From the NCBI GenBank assembly GCA_012295275.1, contig CM022677.1, positions 12,276,001 through 12,340,000 on the forward strand: 64,000 nucleotides of DNA, in the 5' to 3' direction. The position numbers and the translations under genes were made by a program. Numbering within the stretch: the stretch's first letter is position 1; every line of letters starts with the position of its first letter. The notes under the pieces are model-generated. The model was not told the DNA's origin, made no database searches, and saw nothing but the letters and a program-made list of their open reading frames with translations. Source of the DNA: Chrysomallon squamiferum. Lineage: Eukaryota; Animalia; Mollusca. Shown piece after piece: positions 1 to 16,865 of the stretch.

Positions 1-329
1 GGTTTGTTTGTTCTTGTGTATTTGTATATTATGTATTACAAGTCACAGACTTCAAAAATACATATTAACATTGATTTATTTTTGTAATGTTTTTTCTTTC
101 ATTATACATTTTATTATATTAATTTTATTTATTTCTGCTTTTTGAATTGTGAGAAAGCACACACACACGCACAACACACACAAGGACACAGTGCCTTCCA
201 TATTTATTTTATTTATTGTGTGTTTTGTGCGTTAAAAGTGATACCTACCAGAGAAATTTAAATCTGTAAAATACTTTAAATTTGAACACAAAGCTCTGTA
301 AAACTTTCTTTTATTATTATTATTATTAC

Positions 330-378
<49 letters not shown>

Positions 379-3300
379 TTAAATTCTTTGCAAAGTTGTA
401 AAATAATATTGCTATCTTCATCATTATATTAATTTAATTTCTTGTTTTAATAAAAATATTAATTAACAATAATTAATAATATGTCAGATATAATAAGAAA
501 AAAAAATCAAAGTTATGAGTGAAATAAAAATAGATTATAAAATAAACAATATATAATTGATAAAACAATAATAGTTAAATCTAATATTACACTGGTTTGT
601 TTTATGCTATATATAGACTACACAGATTAAATATTTGTTTAATTAAATTTTCATTTCCTTTCTGTTTTTGTTTTTTATGTTGTTGTTTTTTGCTGCTGGC
701 TAAAATTTAATTTTAGTGATGTTAATATTATAGAATGAAACTGGATTCACAATATTTTGAATTTTATTTTTTTATTTTATTTTTATATATATATGTATTT
801 CGTTTTATTTATTTTATCATTATTTTTATTTTTTTCCCTTACATATCCAAAAGTGATATACATCATCATCATCATATCCTGATTTCCCCACCACTATTTT
901 TTCTCACCATATTTTCATTCATAAAGTATTTTCACTGCATTTAATTGATTAAAAATGAACTTTTTTCTCTCCATTTTCATATGAATTTACTCTGATTTGA
1001 GTTATTGTTTGCATTGCATTTAGATATATAATATATAAATGTCTATATATCTATATCTATATATATATATATTCATTTTACTTAATTTCATTTAATTTTC
1101 ATTATTATTTATAACCAATAGTTTTGAAGTTTATGTTACATATTTTTATAATAAATTTAAGAAAAAAAAAAAATAATAATAAAAATAATAATTACTTGTG
1201 TCAAATATAATTCATATAGTGTTATCTATAAGCCTGTAACATTAAGCATAATTCTGTTTCTTCTCTTTTTGTAATTTTTTTTTCACGATTTCTTGTATTT
1301 GCTTTTTACACTTGAATATTGGTTTTGATACTGATAGCCTTACCTTGTTCCTGTGAACAGGCAGTATATGTATATAAAAATCTCAAAGCGAGTTTCAGAT
1401 TTGTTGTGTTTTTATTTTTGTTACCTCACTATTAACTAAACTGTGAAGCTTGAAAAAGTTCTTCATAACAAGCTAACACTCAAATAACACTCAAGCCAAA
1501 TCTCAAACCAAAAGCTGAAGCAAACAAGCCTCAAGTTGTGGGTCTGTGGCTGGCACACTTTAAATGAAACATCAAAAGTTAGCTAGAAGATAAAGCATGC
1601 AATGCGGCATATACATTTTGTGTCATACTTGTGCGTGTTTTATGTATTATCTCTGTTATGTTTATTTATCTTTATTTTATGTGTAAAACTATTTTTATCT
1701 ATTTAAGTAAACATTGTGTGTGTTTTATATGTTCATGTTTATATATGTTTGTATCTACATAAGTAAACTTTGCATGTTTTATATGTTTTCTTCTGTATGC
1801 GTATCACCGTGTGTGTGTATGTAGAAGTATATGTTTTGTGTCTAAGTATCTATTACTTACACAGCTCTGTGTACCTATCTAGGAATATATTGTTGTTTTT
1901 TTTTCCTCTTTTTTTTCTGGTGTTTTTTCTATATGATATCTGTATGGTATATCAACAATGTCATTAGTAACACTAATAATAGTAGTAACAGAAGTAGTAG
2001 TAGTAATAATAATAATAATAATAATAATAATAGCAATAATAGTTAATGATAATAATAATAATAATAATATGACAAAGAAGAGGAAAAGCAAACATTAAAA
2101 CAGTAGTTTAATATGTGTGTGTGTGTGCGTGTGTACGTACGCCCGCTTCTGTCTATGTATGAACATATTTGTGTGTTAATGTTGCTGTACATATACTTGT
2201 GTATATGTATTTATTCAGGAATCAATAATCTGTCTTGATACGTTTAGACTGCACAATGAGAATAATCGGAATGCAGTGGTAGGTATGTACATCTGGGTAT
2301 ATACATATGTGTATGTATATGAGGCTATCTATGCCGTATTTATGTGACTGTGTACGTAGATAAAATGATTACGGTTAATGTTCATATTCGTGCTGGTATT
2401 GTTATTGTTGTAAAATAAATAAACTGATCCAAAACAACAACAGCATCAAAACCAACTTCAACAACAATAATAATAATAAGCAGACTCATATTAAATTAAA
2501 AAAAAAAAAATAAGTAAAAAAAAACAACTTCAGATCGCAGTTCCGCCCATGTGCTCCTGCTACGTGAATATTGTGAATTGTTCCCTGCTCAAACTAACTT
2601 GAACGTGCACACTAAATAAAGACGAAACATTATCGCTAACAACCGGATTTAAAACACATGGCTGTATACCTCAAGTAAGGTTTTGTTTGCTTTTGTTGTT
2701 TTTTCTTTGCTTAACAACTTTCGTTTGTGCGGTTGTTTCTCTGATTATATTTTTATTTTGTGTGTGTGTCTCTGTATGTCTTTTCCCTTCTTTCCTTTTA
2801 TTTGTGTATTTATTTGTTTGCCTTAATAGAATAAATAAATAAATAATAATTGAAAAATTAGACTTAATTTAATGTCTAAGACAGAATTTTATAAAATTTG
2901 TGAAGCAGAATAAAAAGAAAAAGGAGAAGAATAGTTGAGAATGCTAATGATCCCCAAAACACTAATCTGTATTAACCATTAATAATAAATTTATAATAAA
3001 TCTCAACAGTGAACTACTTTGTACTACACTGATATTATATACATTAATTATATTATACATATATACATACATACATACATACATACAGCTAGGTAAATAT
3101 ATAGGTAGTTATAGAGACAAAGATTACGAAACAAATAAAATAGTTTTAAAATTTAAATGAAATAATGACAGAAGAATTTTATTTATTATCATATAAATAT
3201 TTTATTGTAGTTTTGTTTGAATACACTTGAATATGTACAAATGTATTTTAAATACAACATTCTTTGAAATAAACTACTTTACAAAATAATATAATTGTTT

Positions 3301-6300
3301 AGAGAGAGAGAGAGAGAGAGAGAGTTAAATGGCAAAACTGGGTGAAAATTTCAAAAGTAATTCATAATAAATAAATAACATATAAAAATAAAAATAAACA
3401 AAGTAAACAAATTAACTAAATTAATTACCTTACAATCAATAAATAACTGATTTTCTGTTTATTTATCAGAAAGAAATGTTTGTGGACTTTCATCTTCAAA
3501 ACAGTTAAAGTGAAACTAAGTTAGCAGACAGGTTGAAGTTTACTTTTTACACCAAGTAAATATTTTTATTGTATTGATCTGTGCCACGTACAATTTGTTG
3601 TCAACACAACAGACAGACAAAGGTCCGGACAGTCTATTCTGGTCAGTGAGGATGTCACGTGTAATGTTACCATCTCGTGACACCTGAACAAGACAATTTC
3701 TATCAAAATCACAAACAAAAATATTTCCCTCCCTGTCACATGTAACACCTGCCAAGCCTCTCAGTTTGTGTGAATCACGTGACTTCCATCTGACGTCACC
3801 TGATGACGTCACACAAACTAAACTGTTTCCTTTTGACACAACAATCAGACATTGATCGTGAACTGTGAGACGTGATGGTCTGGGGATCAAATCTGCTGAG
3901 ATAGAATTAATGAGCTGACCACTGTCTGTCAGTATGTCCAAGCACTGATTACTGAACTCAGTGACCGCGAGACGGTTGCCAGGTAACACAGCGATAAACC
4001 GATAACGTTTAATAGTTTTAACTGTTTTGATCAGTTTGAAGTTTTTCAAATTTAAAAACAATATTTTACTTTCCCATGGCAGAGCAACAACAAAAACAAC
4101 ATCACCCCGCTGATCACGTGATTCAGCAAGACCCCATGGTTGAGAGGAAGTTTTGTATCTTTTTATCAGTGATTTTCTTTCTAAACAAAAACATTTTATA
4201 CAAACATTGTAACCATCACTAACAACAATTTTATTTTTGTCTGCACCTGACACCAGCATGGAAACCGGAGCAGGATGTCTTTTATCTTCTTGTGTTTGTG
4301 TGTTAATGGTGTCTGTGTGTTTGAGTTTGTCTGTTAGTCTGTCTATCTGCGTGTCTGTGTGTTGTGTTTTTGTGTTAATGGTGTCTGTATGTTTGAGTGT
4401 GTCTGTTAGTCTGTCTATCTGTGTGACTGTGTGTTGTGTTTCAGTGTCAGTGGTGTGTTTCTGTTTGAGAGTGTCTATATGTGTGTCTGATTGGATGTTT
4501 GTGGATATTTCTCCAAAGTGGACTGACATTTCTGCCTTTTTGTCAGATTTTATCAGATTAATTTTAAACTTTGCTTTTTCTATTCGGGAACGAGATTTGG
4601 ACAGAAACTCGGAAGTTGTGTTTTGAAGTTTGGTGAATTTTAAAATGTTAATTTTTACATCTGACTCTGATTTTCTTGTTAGCAAATCTTCCCCCAATTT
4701 TATCATTTTTTTGTTTTCCGCAATCAGATGTTTGTGTTGATTGAATAATTTGTCTATTTCTGAGTTTACAAAGTTCTGAGATTTTTCTATTTCTCTTATT
4801 AACCTGTCTTGTTCTTTGTGGACTGCGGCAGTAAAATCTGTGATTAGTGTGTTGCCAATCCTTCTGACCTCTACTATAGTGTCCACGACGTTGATGTCGA
4901 CGGCTTGGCGAAGTTGCTCAATCATATCATCCATCTCTGTCTGAAGAATTTCTTTAAAGGTTTTGAGACTTTCAGAAACAGAACTCAGAAGTGACATGTG
5001 ATCTCCCTTTTGAGCTGAAATCAAAAAATAAGTAAATAAATAATCAATCAGTAAATTAATTAATTAATTAATAAAGATATGCCAACAATGTGAAGTTTTA
5101 GAATTTATGTTATCAACTACTTTAAAAATCTGATTAGAAAAATGACATAAATAAAGTTTCCTCTATTTCTTTAGGTTGTGATGGTTAATATACGGCATAA
5201 ACATATTTAGTTAAAAAAATCACTCAATATATTTTTGATTTTTAGTATTTTATTGTAACGAATACAAACATGATACTGCTGACTCACAAAACTTTGATTG
5301 TAGCCGATCATTAGCGGCGTCCTGTAGTGAATGGTTTATAGGGAATTGATCTGCCCATGTATACTCTTGTTTCGTGCTGTCTGAGATGTGGACATTCTGC
5401 CTGCAGAACGGGCAGGTGATTTTTATGTCGTTGTTGTCGTAATTGTGACTTATATAGTCCTGCAGGCATTTGGTGCAAAACGAATGTCCACAGTTTAACA
5501 TTCGCGGCTTCTTGAAAAGTTCCGTACAGATGCAGCACGAAAGATTGTCATCAGAGTTTGCAGCTGTTGCCATATCTGTGAATAACAATAATAATATATA
5601 TATAAATAAATAAATAACAATAATAACAACAGCAACAACATAGCAGAATCAGAGAAAATAGAACAGAAAATGCAGAGAAAGAAAAAGGGAACTAAATAAT
5701 AATAATAATAATAATAATGAAATGATAAACTAAATATATAAACGTGCGCATGGTAACACTATAATGTTATAATTAAACTATAAGCTTTTCATTCGTTCAG
5801 TTTATTTTATTTATAAGAAAACAGAAGAACTGTTCAAGTGAATTACAAGCTTGCTAAATTTAACCTTGTGACGTAGATTTGATAAGGAAGACAACAGATT
5901 TACTGTAATAAGTTATATGAAGCAAAATATAAATAAATAAATAAATAAATAAATAATGTGACATGTCCATGATTGCTGCAAGGTAATTTCGCACTATTTG
6001 TGTCATGTTACGTAACCCAGCTCACACATTTTCATGATGAAACTCGTATGTGGACAATGAAAGAAACTTGACATTTACAGAAGTAATGTATTGAATGTAA
6101 TAATTACGAAAATGTTCATAGTAAACGAATGAATGACTGATTGTTACTGAACATTATTTTATTAACGTGAACTCAACAAATTTTTAATCTGCAGTTAAAT
6201 GGCTTCATTCATTGATAAAGTAATCGACAAAGATAAATGCGACAACACATCGCCAGACACTACTTTTCTCTGACCACGGAGCCACACCCTCCACTCTAAC

Positions 6301-6399
6301 ACAAAACAATTTTGTACAGAAATTTTATTATGAGAATAACCTAGATTACATTTTATTTTATAATATCTTACACTAACGACGACGACAACAACAACAACA

Positions 6400-6460
<61 letters not shown>

Positions 6461-6498
6461 TGTCTTATGAAATGCAAAAAATTCTCTTCTATTCGTCC
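1..6498 (-). repeat. Left arm of inverted segmental duplication (partner ~31147-38030); probably continues beyond the window start
   Basis: Bases 1-60 are the reverse complement of ~37975-38030. Paired ORFs 735..944/37063..37287, 1879..2091/35920..36126 and the two TRIM-like genes are mirrored. Similarity fades at ~6498 (ttctattcgtc vs gacgaatagaa at 31147). Confidence 0.95.
3540..5573 (-). CDS. TRIM-like RING E3 ligase, copy 1: RING(C3HC4), coiled coil, repeat linker, NHL-like beta-propeller; exons 5573-5288 and 5014-3540; 586 aa
   Basis: RING motif C-x2-C...CGHSFC-x2-C...CPFCR followed by WADQFPIN. Acceptor cacag precedes the ATG. Donor TTTT|gtgagt (phase 1) joins tttcag|CT CAA AAG in frame with ORF 3540..5024. 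The C-terminus has propeller blade motifs (PWGLA, GVTCDREGNIFVCD, GPLSVCC). No stops or frameshifts. Confidence 0.9.
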
Positions 6499-6949
6499 TT
6501 CATAATCTGTGAATAGAACACTTTATAGAAATAATAATAATAACAACAACAAAAGTAGCAGCAACAAGGACAATATGATTAATAAAAACAACCACGACAA
6601 CAACAATAATAATCATAATAAAAGTAACAGTAATAACAACAGTACAGAAATAATAACGATAACTGTTTGAACAGTAAATGCAACGACACAAAAGCAACAT
6701 CAATGATAGTAACCTTTCAGTTGTGTTGTTAGTTTTGATTCCCTTTACATGTTTATTTTCAGCATTTTTTAATTTTATTTTTCCTCTTTCTTTGGTTCCC
6801 TCGTTAGTTCAGTCGTCATTTTGTTCGTTCGTTTGCTCATTTTTATTTAATTTTATTTATTTATATCTCTCTACTTATCAATTACGAAGTGTTAGAAAAC
6901 GGCAATGAATAATAAACTGCGTACAAGTCTCCCAGTGGCCATTTGACAG

Positions 6950-7380
6950 CGTTTGCTCTGCTGTTCTTGCCTCGGTAGTACTTCCCAGAGATGACCCTTC
7001 TTTGCACAATATGGATTGAGTGTACTGTCAGTTACAGATACACCTCCCCATACGATAACCATACACGGCTAAATCTAACATTAATCGAAGTTTTGGGTTT
7101 GCGTGCCTTTCATTTCGACCGTGCATGTAAGGTAGTTCGAGAATGAACAGGCAACATACGAAAAGATGCCACGTGTCCAGCGACCGATTCACCAGTTCTT
7201 ATTCTCACCACACCATTCCCGTCTGTGTGACGACTGTGAAGACAGGTACCACCCTACTGAACAAATAAATGAGTGATGCATGTTCAGTTATATGGAAAGT
7301 GTTTCAGTGTGTTTCAGTGTGTTGAACCTTCTTTGCCTGGACGTGCAGAATAACCAGCTGACCTACAGCAGCCGGGCCCT
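6950..7380 (-). mobile_element. Degenerate Tc1/mariner transposase fragment
   Basis: Minus-strand translation across stops and frameshifts gives RQRRFNT, HRREWCGENKNW*IGRWTRGIFSY, GRNERHA, VIVWGGVSVT and IHIVQRR..SGKYYR. These are colinear with the Tc1 pattern RL.WC..H..W....W..V.FSDESRF...ER....SVMVWGGIS...L..I.G. Confidence 0.7.
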
Positions 7381-7434
7381 ATTGTGTCTTCTTATGTAAG
7401 AATCATACGTAACTATTTTTGAAACTTTTCAAAA

Positions 7435-8325
7435 ATGTATGTTGTGAAGACCGTTCTACTTTTAGCGTTCTGCAGATTATGTCTGGGCAACATTCACCCA
7501 TTACCAGCCTCCGAGGTTCGAGATAAACACCTAATACATTGTCTATCAAACGCTTTGTCAAAGAAGGTAGTGTTTTTATCAGGCTACGAAATCATAATTT
7601 TTTACTTCTGTCTGAAGAAAACAAGCACGGTAAAAATCTCCAGTTTACGATACTCCAATGGCAACGATTCCGAAGTCATCACAGCAGTTTTAAACCAGAA
7701 GAAAATGGGATTTATTGTCACCATATCACCAGAAACAGCTGGAGATAACTGGAATGTTTTTCATTCCAGTACCGAGATGAAAGGATCAGTAATTCTGGAA
7801 AGAGGTTGGTATATTTTAAAGCTCCAGGTTCACGGATCTGATGGAGTGGAACTGAATACAGTCAGTCTAGATATTGATGACAGCAGTCTCGCGCAGGACA
7901 TGCTGCAGTGTAAACTTCACTGTACGAGTGATCTGCCCCATCTGAACTCTTCGCCTCGAATTAATGTCGACAAGAAAGCTAAACTTAGACAGAAAAGTTA
8001 CCCATCTAAATGTGCGGAAGAGGACAACGTCAAAATACTAGTATACCTCGACAGCGTGAAACAGTACAAACTAATAGCTACTCTACCAGTGTATAAAGCT
8101 TTTGTAAACAGAAGAGAACCAAATAATACTGACTGTGTTGCTTTGTCTCCTCTCTACTGGAGTTTTACCCACCTCTGTTTGAATAAACCAAATAATCATT
8201 TATTTTCAAATTCGGCAACTTTGAAAATGTATCCAGGACCTGATACATCGAAAATAGCCGTAACTGAAAATTCATTCATGTTAAAAGGAAGATCAGAACG
8301 TTACATAGATGCTGATATTGGGTAA
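7435..8325 (+). CDS. Secreted protein with putative CBM6/CBM35-like jelly-roll domain, 296 aa; 3' end uncertain (splice donor or premature stop)
   Basis: Complex-sequence ORF with a signal-peptide-like start (MYVVKTVLLLAFCRLCLG). Motifs LRYSNG, GDNWNVF, LERGWYILKLQV and GVELN resemble CBM6/35 modules. The TAA lies inside GG|GTAAGT, and the frame also continues (VFSLKNKPVTLFVKIQ) up to a (CT)n tract. Confidence 0.65.
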   Translation: MYVVKTVLLLAFCRLCLGNIHPLPASEVRDKHLIHCLSNALSKKVVFLSGYEIIIFYFCLKKTSTVKISSLRYSNGNDSEVITAVLNQKKMGFIVTISPETAGDNWNVFHSSTEMKGSVILERGWYILKLQVHGSDGVELNTVSLDIDDSSLAQDMLQCKLHCTSDLPHLNSSPRINVDKKAKLRQKSYPSKCAEEDNVKILVYLDSVKQYKLIATLPVYKAFVNRREPNNTDCVALSPLYWSFTHLCLNKPNNHLFSNSATLKMYPGPDTSKIAVTENSFMLKGRSERYIDADIG

Positions 8326-8395
8326 GTCTTCAGTCTAAAAAACAAACCAGTGACCTTATTTGTAAAAATACAGGTTTCTTTCTGTCTATGTGTGT

Positions 8396-8529
<134 letters not shown>

Positions 8530-9929
8530 GTATATGTATATTGTGTATGTACGTCAGCAGCTGCTCAAAAATGAATTGATGATTTATATATTATAATTAA
8601 ATATTTATTTATATGTCATGTTCCGCTCATTTCTTTCATCCTCTCTCATATTCATTTCTTTGTGTATTCTCTTTTTAGTGTCTACAACATTACTCTGTTA
8701 ATAAGTACACATAAGCCACACTCTAATACTCTCTGTTTCTCAAAAAATGTCAGAACGCATAAGTGATTAAGTAGATGTATTTTATGTTACTGACAGCAGA
8801 ACATTCAGTGTTAGTGTTGATAAGCTCGGCACGTACTTAGATAGTCACAAGCCGCACTAACGTTGTATTTAAACAGCTTAGTGCAAGGTTTCTATTTTTC
8901 ATTCATAAAGAAGTTAAACGTCACCTGTCTTTGTTGTTTTCGACTAGTACGACATCTATGTCTATTATACAGGTCATAAAAGTGAACATAACAAAAACAT
9001 AGAAATGCTAATAATAATGTTTTCTTACTGATTAATGTTTTACTTTTTCCATGGTAACAAGTCTCCTAGCACATTCATGATTTGTTCACCGTTGGCAATA
9101 AGCTTCAAACATGGATGTTTTGGGATATTTAATGTTTGTTTCTATGCGTGAAAGAGATTAGTTCGTGAATGTTTGACACTGTCAGGTTCATTCAGTTGAC
9201 ACAAGAGAGATATGATTAAAATTAAAACACCATCAAAATATACAACGAGCATAATTGTAATTGTAAATTATAATACATTTTATTACTTTTATAATTAATC
9301 TAATCTCTCTCTCTGAGATACACCTGCATATGCGTTTGTGTGTGTGTTTGTGTGTGTGTGTATGTGTGTGTTTGTGAGTGTGTGTGTGAAACAAATATCA
9401 CTGAGTAAAATTATTATTTTGTGACAGTATAATTAAATTGATTTCCAAATATTAATTATTATATGAAGTGTGGTGAAAATATGCAGCTGATTCGCACTCT
9501 GTTTATCTATAGCTTCGTCAATAAATTTACAAAAACAAACGTAATTTATTTTAACATAGGTTGCCGCTTCTTTGTGTTTTTTGTCGCTACTTTCTGTTAT
9601 TCGTCCGTTTCTTTCCTGTGGAAAATTTATACACAGAGATATTTTTTCCCCAGGAAAGAAAAGGTCGAAATGCAAAGTCAAATCTCCATCTTTTGTTCAG
9701 TTAACAGAGAAAAAAAAAGGATCTTAGGAGATTAAGATAAGATTTTGTTTCACTGAAGAACAAAGGAGATTTTTACTTCTTGTGCTTCTCCCTTTCCATA
9801 CTTATTTTTTTATTTTTTTTCATTTATATAGCTTTTCAAGTCTCCATTCACCGCATAACCTAATTTGAATATGGTTCAGATAACATTTTATTTGTTACTG
9901 AAGCAAAACTTACTATGTTAATACAAATA

Positions 9930-13754
<3,825 letters not shown>

Positions 13755-14289
13755 AGTTTTTAATAAATAAAACATTTACACGCCCGCATAGAAAAGATAA
13801 ATAAGTAAACAAATGAAAAAAAATAAAAATAAAAATTAAGAATAAATAAATAAACATATTAATAAACAACAAATAAAAAAATAAGCAAATAAACAAATAC
13901 ACAAATAAACAAGTTAACAAATAAATAATAAATAAATAAATAAATAAATAAATAATAAAAACAGTAACAGGAACAGAAGTAGTAGTGGTGGCAGTTCAAG
14001 GAAAAATATTAATATTTATTTTATTATATTTCTAAATAAAAAGTAACAGCACTGCGAAAAATAATAAAAGTACTGAATCACGTTATCTGTTTTCATAGAC
14101 TCCACACAGGCAAAATGTATAAACAAGTTAAGAAAAAAGACCATAATAAAAAAATAATTAACATTTCTTCTCGATGTTCTTTTCTCAAAGTTTGCTCCAA
14201 CCTGCAAGAAAAAACAAACCTACAATATTTAAGTAGGTCAAATGACTAAAAAGTCAAATGTATAAAATAATCTTAATAATAGTTTTAAG

Positions 14290-14690
14290 GTCAGGGTTAG
14301 AAATAGACTTTGCATAAAAATTAAGGTTACGCACTTCTATAGCGTCAGAGTTAGGGCTTTAGGTTAGGGTTAGGGTTCGGGCTCGGGTTATGTAAATTTT
14401 GTTAGCAGGGATATGATAATGCGGAAAATAATTTTAGAAGTAGCGTTAGCGTAAGAATCAAGGATTAGGTTTGGAAGTTCGGCTATGGTTAGCTTTAGGT
14501 TGAGGATTAGGGTTAGGATTATGGTTAGTGTTAGTTTTAGGATTATTCAAAGTTATTATGAGTCTTACGATAATCTGCAAAACAGTTTTATCATCAGAAT
14601 TAGTATTAGTGTTAGGGATAGAGTCGGGTTTAGGGTTAGGGTTAATTTAGGGTGAGGATAAGGGTTAAGGTGATGTTTATTTAAAGTTGA
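14290..14690 (+). repeat. Degenerate TTAGGG-like simple repeat tract (interstitial)
   Basis: Several exact TTAGGG hexamers (e.g. ggttagggttagggtt at ~14362, ttagggttagggtt at ~14630) among variants. A shorter GGTTAG-rich tract lies at ~27130-27170. Confidence 0.75.
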
Positions 14691-15575
14691 TTATCAGTGT
14701 TACGATAAGGTGCAAAATAAGCATTTGCGTAATAATTAAGGTTCTGGGGTATTGGCATTAGAATTACCTTACGTCATTAGTTTTACACTATCAACAAATT
14801 CTACCGTGTATAAACAAAATTCTGAGACGAAGATGATGTAAAAATGACACTAACACAAACATCATAATATTATTTTAGATTTCATAATATGCGACAGTTT
14901 TGGCAGCCGGAAAATAACAATTATACCAAATAAATCTTTCATTGAAAAATGATTTAAATTGAGAATGATAAAAACGAATTATCAGATATTTTCTTTTTAC
15001 GTTCAGCGTCACATAATATACCAGACAAACAGAAAGATCCATTTGCTGTATTCAATTGTTACAATCGTAAACCTGTAATTAATTCTCACATTTTCCTGTA
15101 AAAACGCCTTCTGATAAAATCACCACCACTGTTTATGTGACAAATTTATTATCGAGTGATTTTTAACTAGTAACTAATGTGACATCCAAGTTAATAGAAA
15201 ATTAGACTTTTAGGCAAAAAGTGAAGATTAATTACAGGCTGATGGTATGAATCAACATAAACCTTTTTAAAGTGAAATGCTTGATCGCTAGACATTAATG
15301 TGGTTTTCTGTTCAACAACATATTAGAGTGATAATTAGATGTGCAGCGTAATATCAAGTTGTGCTAAGTTCTTTAATTAACCAATATTGTAAAAAGAAAA
15401 GGCTATATGACAGAGAAAGGTGAGATACATTTAATTATCTATCACAGTTTATTATTTATAATTACAGTCTTCTAGAGTCAGAACGGTTACATTAACAAGT
15501 TGAGAATAAAATATATTAATGTGAGTACTGTTGTGTAAATGAATAAAGTGAGTTTCAGCTATAATAATGTTTCAC

Positions 15576-15608
<33 letters not shown>

Positions 15609-16212
15609 ACAATTAAAAATACTCAAAATTTAATATCTTGACGTTATTAAAATTACATACGACCTTTACACATAAAAATAATATATATATATATTTCTTT
15701 TGTATCAGTCTTCAGAAAAGGTATTTCATCCTGTTAATATCATTTATAATTAAAAAAAAAGATTTTCTCTTGTGCCGTAAGCTTTTAAAAAAGTTTCAAT
15801 ATATTTTTATAAACCGTGCTCAGCAAGAAAAAAAAATAATTAAAAACCAAAATTAGAAAAGAAAGAAAAACAAATGTGTGCATTTTTTTCTAATACTAGC
15901 AATTAAACAGTTAAACTAAGATTGATTTAAAAAAGAAATAAACAAAAATAAAAATTCCTGACATTTTCTTTATTTGTACTCCGTGATGTAATTTATTTCC
16001 GTCAGAACTATTTTATCTGAAATATTAACATAATAATATGTTTGTTATACTAGAAAACAGATTTCTATATTTAGAAAATATAGCTAGCTCATCCGGATTA
16101 AGGACTTCTTCCTTATTTTATTTATTTTAATTGATTTTATTTTGTTTTGTTTTTAGAATAAAAAAAATCTGAAAACAAACAACAAACACACCTCAGTACT
16201 CATTCAAAATTT

Positions 16213-16248
<36 letters not shown>

Positions 16249-16665
16249 TTACAGATAAACCTCAATTTAATCATATAAACATGTCATGTTAATAATAAAA
16301 ATACTGACAGTGAATACAACGTAAATTCCGACGCACAGTTTTTCTTCAGATATCTGTAGAAATGTAATTCTCAGTTTGTCAGTATAACCGTTGTGACTCT
16401 ACAAGCCTTCTCTCCATCTGCAATCTTAATACATTATCCAGAGATACTCGTATTTTCCTGTAATATATAATCAATAAATTGTGAAAAAAAAAATAATAAT
16501 AATAATAACACACATATACTCACACAATTCCTTAGTTGTTATTAAAGTTCAAAAAATGTTTATCACTTAACCTGTTCTATAATTCTCGATTTACACTGAT
16601 TCTACATTCTGTCCTATTAACTGCGCTCCTACTAAACATGATTTTTTTTTTTTCATAAATAAAAA

Positions 16666-16865
16666 NNNNNNNNNNNNNNNNNNNNNNNNNNNNNNNNNNN
16701 NNNNNNNNNNNNNNNNNNNNNNNNNNNNNNNNNNNNNNNNNNNNNNNNNNNNNNNNNNNNNNNNNNNNNNNNNNNNNNNNNNNNNNNNNNNNNNNNNNNN
16801 NNNNNNNNNNNNNNNNNNNNNNNNNNNNNNNNNNNNNNNNNNNNNNNNNNNNNNNNNNNNNNNNN
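16666..16865. other. Assembly gap (200 N)
   Basis: Run of N. The round length suggests a placeholder of unknown true size. Confidence 0.99.

Noticed and set aside
735-2091. ORFs apparently conserved in two places (735..944, 1770..1967, 1879..2091 and their partners at 35.9-37.3 kb)
   Set aside because: They are low-complexity reads whose similarity only reflects the recent duplication. The 735/37063 pair even differs by a frameshift.
4237-4626. Antisense Cys/Val/Ser-rich ORFs (also 33404..33823) and alternative-frame ORFs 3566..3748, 5311..5538 and 34279..34461
   Set aside because: These are shadows of the real CDS and its CA-rich linker.
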